NCBI RefSeq assembly: GCF_036365525.1
Contig: NW_027142279.1
Location: 620,001-684,000, forward strand
Direction of reading: 5' to 3'
DNA: 64,000 nt
DNA from: Heterodontus francisci
Taxonomy: Eukaryota
Under the pieces are notes generated by a model. The model was not told the DNA's origin and ran no database searches. It saw only the letters and a list, made by a program, of their open reading frames with translations. A program made the position numbers and the translations under genes. Positions 1 to 12,236 of this stretch are shown piece by piece (the first letter of the stretch is position 1; each line of letters starts with the position of its first letter).

Positions 1-330
1 CTTTGTCTTTCTGAGTGGACCCACTGGTCCCTGGACTACAAGTCCGGTTCCCATCCCCCTCCCAAACTAGTTTAAACCCTCCCGAACAGTACTAGCAAAC
101 CTCCCTCCCAGGATATTGGTGCCCCTCTGGTTCAGATGCAGCCCGTCCTGTTTGAACAGGTCCCATCTTCCCCAGAATGCAGTCCAATTATCCAAGAACT
201 GGAAGCCCTCCCTCCTACACCATTCCTGCAGCCACGTGTTCAGCTGTGCTCTCTCCCTATTCCTAGCCTCACTATCACGTGGCGCCGGCAACAAACCAGA
301 GATAACAACTCTGTCCGTCCTAGCTTTCAG
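1..330 (-). mobile_element. CR1-type LINE fragment, ORF1 esterase (SGNH-like) C-terminus
   Basis: ORF 67..294(-) NTWLQEWCRREGFQFLDNW...DGLHLNQRGTNIL is typical of CR1 ORF1. Confidence 0.8.
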
Positions 331-347
331 CTAATAATGCAGCTTTC

Positions 348-940
348 CCCAGATCACTCTCTATAATAATCCCTCATTCTCCAGATCACTCTCTATAACA
401 ATCCCTCATTCTCCAGATCAATCTCTATAACAATCCCTCATTCCCCAGATCACTCTCTATAACAATCCCTCATTCTCCAGATCACTCTCTATAATAATCC
501 CTCATTCCCCAGACAACTCTCTACAATAATCCCTCATTCCCCAGGTCACTCTCTATAATAATCCCTCATTCTCCAGATCACTCTCTAAAATAATCCCTCA
601 TTCTCCAGATCACTCTCTATTAAAATCCCACATTCTCCAGATCACTCCCTATAATAATCCTTCATTCTCCTGATCACTCTCTATAAAAATTCCTCATTCT
701 CCAGATCACTCTCTATAATAATCCCTCATTCTCCAGATCACTCTCTATAATAATCCCTCATTCTCTGGATCACTCTCGATAATAATCCCTCATTCTCCAG
801 ATCACTCCCTATAATAATCCCTCATTCTCCAGATCTCTCTCTATAAAAATCCCTCATTCTCCAGATCACTCCCTATAATAATCCCTCATTGTCCAGGTCA
901 CTCTCTATAATAATGCTTCATTCTCCAGGTCACTCCCTAC
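348..940. repeat. Minisatellite, ~32-bp unit (ccagatcactctctataataatccctcattct), ~18 copies
   Basis: Direct tandem repetition visible. Confidence 0.95.
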
Positions 941-1959
941 AATGATGCAGAACAACAGTGAGAAGGATTTCAAACATTGAGCTGGAAAATTGTGTTTCAC
1001 TTCAAACCAAGAGCACACTAATTCCCTAATGGGACACTGTGGATGAATAAAGACATGAGGGTGTTGGGGAAGGGGAGGAAGGAGTGTACACTCTGTCCAT
1101 GGGTGGCAGCTGGCAGCACGCCAAGAGAGAAAGTGAAGGGAAGTCAAGTCCAACAATTAGGAAGTCAGATTTGATCGGACAGTAGGGAGTGAATTTACTG
1201 ATTATATAATTCATCTTGTAATTGATCTGGGAGATGTGTTAAACACATTGCTATATATTCTCAGTCATGCTCTGTAATCTTCCTCCAATCATTGAACACT
1301 GCAGTTTATGGATCATTTCACTAATCGCTGTTGAGCTGATGAAATTGTTTGATTGGCAGTGATAATATTTTTGGACCATTGTATCGAGTCCAATGGGTTG
1401 CAACCGTGATTACTGAGTGATTTCTCTCTGCAACTTTTAATCTTTAATAAAGCATGTCTGGGCATTAACCTGCACTCTGTGTTTGTATGTGTGACTCCAC
1501 TCATTTTTCTGGGGTTAAAGTTACTTTTGTTAAAATTAAACGACTGTTTGATCTCTTTCGCACACACACACAATCTCTCTTTCTCTCACTCTCTCTCGCT
1601 TTCTGTCTTTCTCTCTGTCCCAGGCTTTCCTTATCTTGGGCACTCTACCTCTCATTCATTTTTCTCACTTTCTGTACACCCTCTTTTCCTCTAATTTCTC
1701 ATTTTCCTTCTTACTCTGTCTCCATCACCCATTATCTCGTAGTCTCTCCGTCTCTCTATTTTCCTTTCCATTTCGTTCCCCCCCACATCCCCCCTCTCTC
1801 TCTTCTCTATTTCTCTCTCTGTTACTTGCTCTCGAACACTCTTGCTCTTTGTGGTTGGTTTATCTCCGACTTCTCCAATCGATCTTCAATAACTGAAATT
1901 CCTCATCCCTGGAACCATACTCGTGAATCTTTTCCGTTCTCTCTCCCTATGACTTATCA

Positions 1960-2295
1960 ACAGGGTAGATGCAGGTAAGATGTTTCCCTTGGTTGGGGAG
2001 TCTACAACCAAGGTGCACAATTTCAAAATAAGGGGGAAGCCACTTGGGACTGAGATGAGGAGAAATTTCTTTACTCAGAGGGTTGTGAATCTTTGGAATT
2101 CTCTATCCCAGAGGGCTGTGGAAGCTCAGTCATTGAGTATGTTTAAAGCAGAGATTAACAGATTTCTAAATACCAATGACATAAAGGGATATGAGGATAG
2201 TCTGGAGAAAAGGCATTGATGTGGATGATCAGCCATGATAGTATTGAATGGCAGAGCAGGCTCAATGGGCTGAATGGCCTAATCCTGCTCCCTGT
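1960..2295 (+). mobile_element. CR1 LINE 3' end fragment
   Basis: ORF 1980..2219 RRNFFTQRVVNLWNSL (CR1 ORF2 C-terminus) followed by the 3' UTR gggctgaatggcct. Confidence 0.85.
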
Positions 2296-2604
2296 CTCAC
2301 TGCAGTTACTGTTCCCTCTCACCATCTTAAATCCTTTAAAAAATTAAACACCTCCATTAGATTCCCCTGTCAATATTCTCATGTCGGGACTGCAAGCCTT
2401 GTCTATGCAACATTTCTTCATAATTTAACAGACTGGATGCTGGTGAAGTTAATGCATGGTTTCGGTTCTGGGAGCTGTGTCACTTTATTGCTGCTGGCTG
2501 AGCTTCTGAATTATAAATAGACAAGCTTGGAAATAGTTAACAGATCAGACAGCCTCTGTGGGGAGTGAAAAGGAGTTAACATCATCAGCGAGAGAGGGAC
2601 CAAT

Positions 2605-3680
2605 AACTGCAGTGAGATAGAGACACCAGCAGATGGAGATGGTGAGAGGGGGAGTAACTGCAGTGAGACAGGGCCACCAGTAGATGGAGATGGTGGGAGG
2701 GGGACAGTAACTGCAGTGAGAGAGGGACACCAGCAGATGGAGATGGTGAGAGGGGGAGTAACTGCAGTGAGGCAGGGACACCAGCAGATGGAGATGGTGG
2801 GAGGGGGAGTAACTGCAGTGAGAGAGGGACACCAGCAGATGGAGATGGTGAGAGGGGGAGTAACTGCAGTGAGACAGGGTCACCAGCAGATGGAGGTGGT
2901 CAGAGGGGGGACAGTAACTGCAGTGAGAGAGGGACACCAGCAGATGAAGATGGTGGGAGGGGGACCGTAACTGCAGTGAGAGAGTGTCACCAGCAGATGG
3001 AGATGGTGAGAGGGGGCAGTGACTGCAGTGAGAGAGGGACACCAGCAGATGGAGATGGTGGGAGGGGGACAGTAACTGCAGTGAGAGAGTGTCACCAGCA
3101 GATGGAGATGGTGAGAGGGGGAGTAACTGCAGTGAGGCAGATGGAGATGGTCAGAGGGGTGACAGTAACTGCAGTGAGAGAGGGTCACCAGCAGATGGAG
3201 ATGGTGAGAGGGGGGCAGTGACTGCAGTGAGAGAGGGACACCAGCAGATGGAGATGGTCAGAGGGGGGCAGTGACTGCAGTGAGAGAGGGACACCAGCAG
3301 ATGGAGATGGTCAGAGGGGGGCAGTGACTGCAGTGAGAGAGGGAAACCAGCAGATGGAGATGGTGGGAGGGGGACAGGAACTGCAGTGAGAGAGTGTCAC
3401 CAGCAGATGGGGATGGTGAGTGGGGGAGTAACTGCAGTGAGGCAGATGGAGATGGTCAGAGGGGTGACAGCAACTGCAGTGAGAGAGGGTCACCAGCAGA
3501 TGGAGATGGTGAGAGGGGGGCAGTGACTGCATTGAGAGAGGGACACCAGCAGATGGAGATGGTCAGAGGGGGGCAGTGACTGCAGTGAGAGAGGGACACC
3601 AGCAGATGGGGATGGTGGGAGGGGGACAGTAACTGCAGTGAGACAGGGTCACCAGCAGATGGAGATGGTGAGAGGGGGAG
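2605..3680. repeat. Minisatellite, ~51-54-bp unit (aactgcagtgagagagggacaccagcagatggagatggtgagagggggagt), ~19-21 copies
   Basis: Tandem repetition; each unit contains a CTCF-like CCAGCAGATGGAG. Confidence 0.95.
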
Positions 3681-3684
3681 TATG

Positions 3685-4175
3685 CCGTCCAGTTGTGGTC
3701 ACCACACTTTAGGAAGGATGAGTGTCCTTGACAGGCTGCAGAGGAGATTTACCAGAATGGTTCCAGGGATGTTACATGGTTAGATTGGAGAATATGGGGT
3801 GGTTTTCCTTTGAGCAAAGGCGATTGAGGGGAGATCGGATAGGAGATGTACACGATTGTGACAGTGTTAGATAAAGTAGACAGAGTAAACCTGTTCCCAT
3901 TAGTGGATGGTGCAAGGACTATTGGTCACAGATTGATGATTCTGGACAATAGATACTGGGGTATTTGAGGAAGAACCTCTATACACAGTGAGTGGTAACA
4001 ACAGGGAATTCACTGCCTACCAGGGTGGTGGAAGTGGAGACAATGAATGATTTCAAAAGGAAATTGAATGGACACTTGAAGGGGATAATCTTGCTAGACC
4101 GCAGGGATAGAGAGGTGGAATGGAATTGACTAGATTGCATGGACTCGATGGGCCGAATGGCCTCCTTCTGTACCA
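3685..4175 (+). mobile_element. Degenerate CR1 LINE 3' fragment
   Basis: cagaggagatttaccagaatggttccagg and the gggccgaatggcctcct tail match CR1 3' ends elsewhere in the window. Confidence 0.8.
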
Positions 4176-4341
4176 TACTGGCTGTATGACTTTTTGGCTA
4201 ACTGGCTGTAAAGTGTTTTCAAATGACATGGTGTTGCAAAGGTCACCAATAGAGATACACAGGGGCTCGTTGGTTTGCTGAGCTTTCCAGATGCTGCTGC
4301 TCACAGGTGGGTGTTTTAGGGGCAGGTTGGGAGGGTGAGGA

Positions 4342-4380
4342 CGTTTTTGTCTCACTCTGCTGCAGGGTTGTATCGCCGTG
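4342..4380 (-). other. 23-RSS of V segment (CACGGCG-23-ACAAAAACG)
   Basis: Heptamer 4380..4374, 23-nt spacer, nonamer 4350..4342, immediately after YYCAASV. Confidence 0.9.
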
Positions 4381-5006
4381 CCCACACTTGCTGCACAGTA
4401 GTAGGTCGCAGTGTCTGTCGGCTGGGGGTCGCCCAGCTGCAGGGAGAATCGGTTGCTTGCAGAGTCTTGTTGCACAGTGAACCGCTTCTCAAAGCCTGGC
4501 CCACAGCTGCCGTGCTCATTGCACATCCACTCTACTGCCTTCCCCTCCTGCCTGTACCAGTGCATGGTGTAGCTGCCCATGCTGGCTCCCTCCAAGTTGC
4601 AGCCGAGGGCGAGGGGCTTCCCCGGTCGAATAGAAGCCGCGGCTGGAGTCTGGACCACAGTAGGTGCAGACTGAACCCCTGGAACACATTCCATAAAAGA
4701 AAGTGATTCAGAATCATGCAAGGAAAATGGTAGCATAAATCATAGAATCTAATAGAATAGAAAGAGGCCGTTCTGCCCATCGTATCTGCGCTGGCTGTTT
4801 GAATGAGCTATCGAGTTAGTCTCACTTGCCCCTGCTCCTACCCCATTGCCCTCCCAATTTCCCTGCTCCAAGCCCTGATCCAATAGCCATTTGGGAGATT
4901 ACTATTGAATCTACTTCCACCTGCTGAAGGGATAGCACTTACAAAAAATCCAATGTCCAAGCAATAAGATGACCAAGATTGAGATGTTTTTAGCTGAGAC
5001 TGCCAT
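4381..5006 (-). CDS. TRBV: Intact TCR V gene segment (leader 5006..4943, V exon 4678..4381) with an extra Cys pair in the CDR2 region
   Basis: Leader MAVSAKNISILVILLLGHWIF with phase-1 GTAAGT donor; V exon VQSAPTVVQTP...LGCNL...MHWYRQ...WMCNEHGSCG...DTATYYCAAS; 23-RSS. The beta-chain assignment is inferred from neighbouring segments. Confidence 0.88.
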
Positions 5007-5309
5007 TGTCCTTCTCAGAAGCAGAGAGGCAGCCCTTACTGAGCATCAAGCCGGCGCCTGGTAAATGGAAATGCCACCGGTTGTGATGAAGAGAGTGGAA
5101 CGATTGGCCGCCCATCCTGTACCTCGACCACGCCTGTCAGCAGAGTGAACAAATGAGGAGCACTTCCCTCAGCAGCATTGCTGTTATTTATGCAGATTCC
5201 TGCAAGCCCCTGAGCCCGACTTTCTCTCTTCCCTTCCCAACATTCCCACCTTTCCTTCCATGGAATATTGCCTTATTTTTTGATTGGTCAGGAATGTGCT
5301 GACCATGTG

Positions 5310-6750
5310 AAAGATAGGTTGGAAAACAAATTGTGAGGAGGGCACAAAGAGTCTGCAGAGGGTTATAGATAGGTTAAGTAAGTGGGCAAAAAATGGCAGA
5401 TGGAGCATACTGTGGACAAATGTGAGCTTGCCCACTTTGGCAGGAAGCATGGGAATTCAGAATATTATTTAAATAGAGAGAGACTGCAGGTCTCGACAGT
5501 ACAGAGGGATCTGCGTGTCCTGGTACGTGAATCACAAAAAGTCAGCATGTAGGTACAGCGAGTGATTAGGGCGGCAAATGAAATGTTGTTGTTTATTGCA
5601 AGGGGAATAGAATATAAAAGTAGGGAAGTGTTGCTAAAGCTGTACAGGGCCTTAGTTAGACCACATCTGGAGTACTGAGTAAAGTATTGGTCTACGTAAT
5701 TAAGAAAGGACATAAATGCATTGGAATTAGTTCAGAGAAGGTTCACTCGGCTGATACCTGGGATGAAGGGATTGTCTTATGAGGAAATGTTGAGCAGTTT
5801 GAGCCGATACCCACTGGAGTTTAGAAGAATGAGAGGTGATCTTACCGAGACATGTAATAATTTAAGGGTGATTGACAGCTTGGAAGCCGAGAGGATGTTT
5901 CTCCCTGGTGGGCGAATCTAGAACTAGGCAGCATAATTTCAAAATAAGTGATTGGCAGATGGAGTATAATGTGGGGAAGAATGAGGTTGTTCACTTTGGT
6001 TGTAAGAATATAATTTTTTACAAGGCGTGAATCTTCTCGATGTTGATGTTCAGAGAGGCTTGGGTGTCCCCGTACATGAGACACAGTAAGTTCACATGCA
6101 GGTGCAGCAAGAAATTAGCAAGGCAAATGGCCTGTTGGCCTTTACTGCAAGTGGGATTGGAGTACAGGAATAAGGAAGTCTTGTTACAATTGGCCAGCGC
6201 TTTGATAAGATCACACCTGCTTTACTGTACACAGTTGTGGTCTTCATATCCGAGGAAGGCTACACTTGCCTTGGTGGCAGTACAACGAAGGGTCACTCCA
6301 TTGGTTCCTGGGATGAAAGGTTTGTCCTATGATGAGAGAGCCTGTATTCTATGGAGGTTAGAAGAATGAAAGGTGATCTCAGTGAAACATACAAGATTCT
6401 GAATGTGCTTGACTGGGTAGACACTGAGAAGTTGTTTCCCCTGGCTGGGGAATCTCTTGCAGCCTCAGGATAAGGGGCCAAGCATTTGGGACTGAGATAA
6501 GGAGAGGTTTCTTCACTCAAAGGGTGGTAAATCTTTGGAATTCTCTACCCCCGGGGGTGGTGGATGCTCCATTATTGAATATATTTCAGGTTGTGATAGA
6601 CAGATATGTGGTCACTGATGGACTGAAGGGATATGGGGAGCGGGTGGAAAAGTGGAGTTGAGTTAGAGGATCAGTCATGATGGTATTGAATGACAGAGCA
6701 GGATCGACGGGCCGAATGGTCTACTCCTGCTCCGATTTCTCATGTTATTC
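5310..6750 (+). mobile_element. Nested or tandem degenerate CR1 LINE ORF2 3' fragments
   Basis: LELVQRRFTRLIPGMKGLSYEE and VQRRVTPLVPGMKGLSYDER motifs; CR1 3' tail near 6710. Confidence 0.85.
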
Positions 6751-7074
6751 TAAAATCTAGTCATTTGATTCATGATGATTCCATTAACACAATCTAAAAA
6801 CCCGTTAACTTTAACTGCAGGCTCTTTACATCAGTCTTCACCCTTCACTGATCAGACCAGAATAATTCTCTGCTGGCCTCTTTCAGTATCTTCCCTGCAA
6901 TTGGATTCATTTCTGGCCCCATCAACGTACATAACACAACATAAGCCTAAATTTAATGCCAGTTGCCATTGTGTGGCCTAATCCCCTGCCACAGGGAAAT
7001 CACTTTGGATTCCACAGGACCCCTCTACTGTCTTAACCCGTGCACAGATTTTAGTGACATCTGCAAACATTCTT

Positions 7075-7470
7075 TTATTATTTCATTGGATGTGGGAGTC
7101 ACTGGCCAGGCCAGCAATTATTGCCCATCCCTAATCGCCCTTGAGAAGGTGGTGGTGAGCTGCCTTCTTGAGCCACTGCAGTCCATGTGAGGTAAGTACA
7201 CCCACAGTGCTGTTAGGAAGGGAGTTCCAGGATTTTGACCCAGCGACAGTGAAGGAACGGCCGAAACAGTTCCAAGTCAGGATGGTGTGTGACTTGGAGG
7301 GGAACTTGCAGGTGGTGGTGTTCCCATGCATTTGCTGCACTTGTCCTTCTAGATTGAGGTCGCGGGTTTGGAAGGTGCTGTCGAAGGAGCCTTGGTGCGT
7401 TACTGCAGTGCATTGTGTAGCTGGTACACACTGCTGCCACTGTGTGTCTGTGGCGGAGGGAGTGAATATT
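7075..7470 (-). mobile_element. Non-LTR retroelement 3' fragment (same family as 12695-13090 and 17610-18710)
   Basis: SKSWNSLPNSTVGV...FKKAAHHHLLKG RT-tail-like translation; high similarity among the three copies. Confidence 0.75.
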
Positions 7471-7636
7471 TAAGGTGGTGTTTGTTTAGTTAGATTCCCC
7501 CAGCTGCTGTGGTGGGATTTGAACTCTTGTGCTCTGGATCATTCGGTCGAAGCCTCAGGATTACTAGTCCCAGTAACATAACAGCAATGCTACCATACCC
7601 CCAGAGACTGGGATAAGGTGTATTACACAATTCCCA

Positions 7637-7964
7637 AGTTTTTGCCGTGTTTCCTTGCATTCTAGTTGCACTGTGTGTATCCTAGTGAGCCCCGCAGTAG
7701 TAAGTGCTGTTGTCTTGGAGCCAGGAGCTTTTCAAGGACAGAGGGAAAGTGTTGGCCTGAGTCTCGTGCTGGGTTTCAATCCTTTTCCTGTAGTTAGATG
7801 CAGAAAGTACACTCTATCTGATCCATTCCAGGCAGTCACCAATCTGCAAGTACCAGTCCAAACAACACTCAGTCATGTTGCCCTGCCCAATGCTTCTGTG
7901 GATCATGGGTTCCTCCACGGGAACCAGGGCGTTGACCGCTGGGGACTGGAGAACCATCTAACAT
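7637..7964 (-). pseudogene. TRBV: TCR V pseudogene (family A, copy 1) with intact 23-RSS
   Basis: VLQSPAVNALVP...DWYLQIGDCLEWIR*...QDNSTYYCGAH*; first Cys lost and in-frame stops; RSS CACAGTG(7675..7669)-23-GCAAAAACT(7645..7637). Confidence 0.85.
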
Positions 7965-8669
7965 CTAACAAGATTCTTCACACAGGATGGCACATCAATG
8001 GGGAGAGAACGATACAGGGTTACAGGGAGGGACAGAGGCAAAGGCAGAAGAGAGGGAATAAGAAGGAGACAAACTATTCTTCTCCAGTCACGCTGCTACA
8101 TTCATACTTATATTTGCTCCGCAGGTTAAGCCCAATTATAAATCAGATTTATTACATTGATAAAACTATAAAAGCACCAAAGTCGGAAGGATGAACACAA
8201 ACCAGCTCAGTCTGTATCTGAGAAAAAAGAAAATTGGTAATGTTTAATGATGATACTCTGTCAGAATAATCCTAACTGCTGTTCACATCAAGGAACAGTA
8301 AATTATTTCAATTTGGTAGACGAGGAGATTATGTATAGCAATGCATAAAGTAACTATTACAAACATTAATTTCATCAACAATGGGACCAAATGGGGATAG
8401 TGGTGTTTCCTGTCTGAAAGCTGGAAAGCAGGAATATGGAAAGCAGATCTCAAACTACTTTGAGATTCATTTCAGAGGAGGAGGCTCGTTATAAGCAGTG
8501 TGATCAAACCGCCCCTGCTGCTGTGGAAACTGCAGATAGGTCAAATAACCAGTGTCACTGGCGTTGTATTCCTTGCAGAGCACCCTCTGACCACATCATA
8601 CCAACAAAACCTTAGAGGGGAACAGAGCCGGACAGGGAGAGGCCATCCCGGGGAACCCCACATAGGGAG

Positions 8670-9255
8670 AAATAAAGAGAGTATGAGAGAGAGAGAACAA
8701 CTGGGAGGGAGCAAGGGAGAGGTAGAGTGAGGCAAAGACAGAGAGAGAGAGACAGACTGATCAACAAAGCCACTGAGAGATGGAATGATTCAGGGAAAAT
8801 TAGTTCGAAAGAGAGAGAGAGAGAGAGATTGAGAGAACGAGTGACAGATAGAGAGAATGAGGCAATAGGAGGTGTAGAGACAGACAGGGAGAGACAGAGA
8901 CAGAGCGAAACAGAGACAGGAAATGAGAGGAGATAGGCAGAATTAATTAGAGACAGAGAGACAGAATGAGACTGAGTGCGTTTGAGAGAGAAATAGAGAC
9001 AGACAGCAAGAGGAAGCGAGGAAATGAGAGGCGAGAAAGAGAGGGGAAGGAAAGAAGAGAGTGAGATAAAGAGAGAGAATGAGAATGGGTGTGCGTGTGA
9101 GAGACAGAAAGAGCAACAGAGCTGTGAGGAAATGAGAGAAGGAAAGAGAGACAGGGATAAAGAAAGAGAATGAGAGTGAGTGTGTGTGAGAGAGGAAAAA
9201 TAACAAGAGCAACAGAGACAGAGAAACAGGCATGAAGAGAGAGAGAAAGGAAACA
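8670..9255. repeat. GA-rich low-complexity tract (duplicated at ~14650-15225)
   Basis: Purine-rich (GA)n-type sequence. Confidence 0.85.
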
Positions 9256-9328
9256 ATTTTACAGAACAACATAAACGATGTTTTTTAAATCAATATTGGT
9301 GAAGTCTGATGTGTTTCCTGGTCCTAGC

Positions 9329-9342
9329 TCGCCCTCTGCTGT
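9329..9342 (-). promoter_or_regulatory. CTCF-like motif ACAGCAGAGGGCGA in the 3' flank of the minus-strand TRBV30-like unit
   Basis: Resembles consensus CCASYAGRKGGCRS; context (taggacc...acatcag) is homologous to the motifs trailing plus-strand V units. Confidence 0.5.
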
Positions 9343-9450
9343 CCCCCGGAGGAGAAAACCCCCCAAAAATACAAAAACAACTGCAGCACAAAAAAACACT
9401 AACAAATTCAACAATAACTTCAACAGGAAAAATAAAAGCACCAATGAAAA

Positions 9451-9762
9451 GGGCGGCACAGTGGCCCAGTTGTTAGCACCGCAGCCTCATAGCTCCAGCG
9501 ACCCGGGTTCAATTCTGCCTGTGTGGAGTTTGCAAGTTCTCCCTGTGTCTGCGTGGGTTTCCTGTGGGTGCTCTGGTTTCCTCCCACATGCCATTATACA
9601 TTGCCCGTGGTAAAGGTAGGTGGCAGGGAAATACAGGGACAGGTTGGGATGTGGTAGGAATATGGAATTAGTGTAGGATTAGTATAAATTGGTGGTTGGT
9701 GGTTGGCACAGACATGGTAGGCCGAAGGGCCTGTTTCAGTGCTGTATCTCTAAACTAAACTC
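9451..9762 (+). mobile_element. HE1/V-SINE (tRNA-derived shark SINE)
   Basis: gggcggcacagtgg...cccgggttcaatt A/B-box-like head, tgtgtggagtttgcaagttct core, (taaac)n tail. Confidence 0.85.
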
Positions 9763-9764
9763 TG

Positions 9765-10190
9765 AACTAAACAACTTCAACAGGAAAAACACCAACAAAT
9801 TCAACAACAACTTATTACAGGAAAAACATCAACAAATTCAACAACAATTTCAACAGGACATAACACCAACAAATACAAAAACAACTTCAGTAGGAGAAAA
9901 ACACCAACAAATTCAACAACAACTGCAGCAGGATAAAAACACCAGCAAATTCAACAACAACTTCAACAGGAAAAACACCATCAAATTCAACAACGCTTTC
10001 AACAGGAAAAACACCAACAATGCCAACAACAGCTTTAGCAGGAGAAAAACATCAACAAAGTTAGCAACAACTTCAGCAGGAGAAAAACACCAATAAAATT
10101 GAACAACAACCTCAGCAGGAAAAACACCAACAAATTCAACAACCACCTCAACAGGAAAAACACCAACAAACTCAACAACAACTTCAGCAG
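9765..10190. repeat. CAA-rich degenerate minisatellite (also 12400-12690, 15320-15812, 17300-17600, 18720-18950)
   Basis: caccaacaaattcaacaacaacttcaacagga-like units. Confidence 0.85.
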
Positions 10191-10309
10191 GTTGTCTGTT
10201 CCTGGGATCTTGCCTTGTAGAAACTGGCTTCCACTCTTCCTACATTACATCAGGGGCCGTACTTCGAAACAGTAGCAAAGAATATGGGAATAGAAAAACC
10301 TATGAGATT

Positions 10310-10640
10310 AGCAAAAAATGCGAGATCTTGGGATTCATAAATAGACGCAAAGCCTACAAAAACTAGTAAGTTATGCTGAACCTTTATAATGCTCTAGTTA
10401 GGCCACAACTGGAGAATTGCTTCCAGTTCTGGTTATCACATTTTATGAAGGAGGTGAGGGTCATAGAGTGGGTGCAGAGGAGATTTACCAGAATAGTTCC
10501 AGGAATGGAGGATTTTAGTTACAAGGTTACGTTGGAGAAACTGGTGTTATTCTCCCTGGAGAAACTGAGATTGCGTGGAGACTTGATAGAGGTGTACAAG
10601 ATTGTGACAGGTTTAGATAAAGATCACAAAGAAAAGCTGC
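10310..10640 (+). mobile_element. CR1 ORF2 fragment (duplicated at ~15930-16250)
   Basis: LYNALVRPQLENCFQFW...VQRRFTRIVPG. Confidence 0.85.
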
Positions 10641-11075
10641 TACTCACCCAGGAGTCAGTCCCCCAGCTCCACTGACTGGTCCCACAGTGTTGGTGTTCCT
10701 GCTACTCACCCAGGCGTCAGTCCCCCAGCTCCACTGACTGGTCCCACAGTGTTGGTGTTCCTGCTACTCACCCAGGAGTCAGTCCCCCAGCTCCACTGAC
10801 TAGTCCCACAGTGTTGGTGTTCCTGCTACTCACCCAGGAGTCAGTCCCCCAGCTCCACTGACTAGTCCCACAGTGTTGGTGTTCCTGCTACTCACCCAGG
10901 CGTCAGTCCCTCAGCTCCACTGACTAGTCCCACAGTGTTGGTGTTCCTGCTCCTCACCCAGGAGTCAGTCCCCCAGCTCCACTGACTAGTCCCACAGTGT
11001 TGGTGTTCCTGCTACTCACCCAGGAGTCAGTCCCCCAGCTCCACTGACTAGTCCCACATTGTTTGTGCTCCTGCT
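10638..11075. repeat. 62-bp tandem repeat, ~7 copies; six carry CACAGTG
   Basis: CACAGTG at 10683, 10745, 10807, 10869, 10931, 10993; CACATTG at 11055; a single copy in the paralogous block at ~16250-16315. Confidence 0.95.
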
Positions 11076-11705
11076 CCTCGCTCCAGCTGCAGGGAATTTA
11101 CAGCACAGCAACAGGCCATTCGTCCCGATACATCCATGCTGGTCTTTTTGGTCCACACGAACGTTGTTCCACGCCCTCTTCATCGCGCCCCCAGCCACAT
11201 ATCCTTCTGTTCCTCTCTCCCTCATGTCCTATCCAGCATCCCCTCAGCTTAAATATATCTTCCCTATTCCCCTCAGCCTGTGATAATGAGTTCCACATTC
11301 TCCCCACTCTCTGGGTGAAGATGTTTCTCCCGAATTCCCAATTGGATTTATGGCTGACTGTCTTATATTGATGCCCCACCCCTTTTTCTGGTCTCACCCG
11401 CAAATGAAAAAAAACTTCTCTACATTTATCTGATCAAAAACCCTTTCATAATCTTAAAGAGCTCTATCAGGGCACTCCTGAGCCTTCTCTTTTCAAGCGA
11501 TAAGAGCCCAATCTGTTCAGTCTTTTTCTGATCATTATAACCTCCCAGTTCTCGTATCATCCTTGAAGATATTTCCGTGCAACTTTTCCCCGACGTTCAA
11601 TGCAACCTGTGTCTTCATCATGTCAAAGACATGTTCACACTGCAACAGGTAAACCCAACAGGATACAGAGCTGCAGGCCTTAATCTGAAACAGGTGTTTC
11701 TCTTG

Positions 11706-12236
11706 GTGTTTTGTTGAACTGCTCCGTCTCTCTGAGTCACTGTGCTGACTCCAGGCACAGAAATACAGGGCCGAGTGATTCTCCAGCAGGCTGGTGTACT
11801 CCAGGTTGAACTGGGAGCCAGTCGGTCGTTTGGCGTTGAAACCCTCCACCGTCCCCTCTGAGTTCACACCTGGTGTAGCTGTGGTGTAAAACATCAGCCG
11901 CGGCTCCTTCCCCGGTCCTGTCTGTACCAGAACATGTAACCGCTACTCTCATCCTCCACACGGCACTCCAGTCCCACTCCCTCCCCAGGAAATCTGGAGA
12001 TGGCGGTGGGAGTCTGGCGGACCCTCGCGGAGATTGCGCCTGGGGGAAGAGACCGGGAGAGAAGAAAGTCAGTGAACATGGACAATCTGGGATGTGAAGA
12101 ATGAAGGAAGAAGAGAAAGATAGAGCGAAAGAAAATAAGAAAGAGAGCTGTTAATAAAAACAATGGGGGTGTGGGGTGGTGGTGAGAAAGATCCTTTACT
12201 TTGAAATAAGACCATGAGACTCAGTAACAGATACAT
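11706..12236 (-). pseudogene. TRBV: TRBV30-like V pseudogene (1-nt frameshift in FR2); leader and 23-RSS retained
   Basis: Leader MYLLLSLMVLFQ 12236..12200; V exon 12039..11745 split over ORFs 11894..12163 and 11535..11894 (...WYRQ / MFYTTATPG...HSALYFCAWSQ); RSS CACAGTG(11744..11738)-23-ACAAAACAC. Confidence 0.9.
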
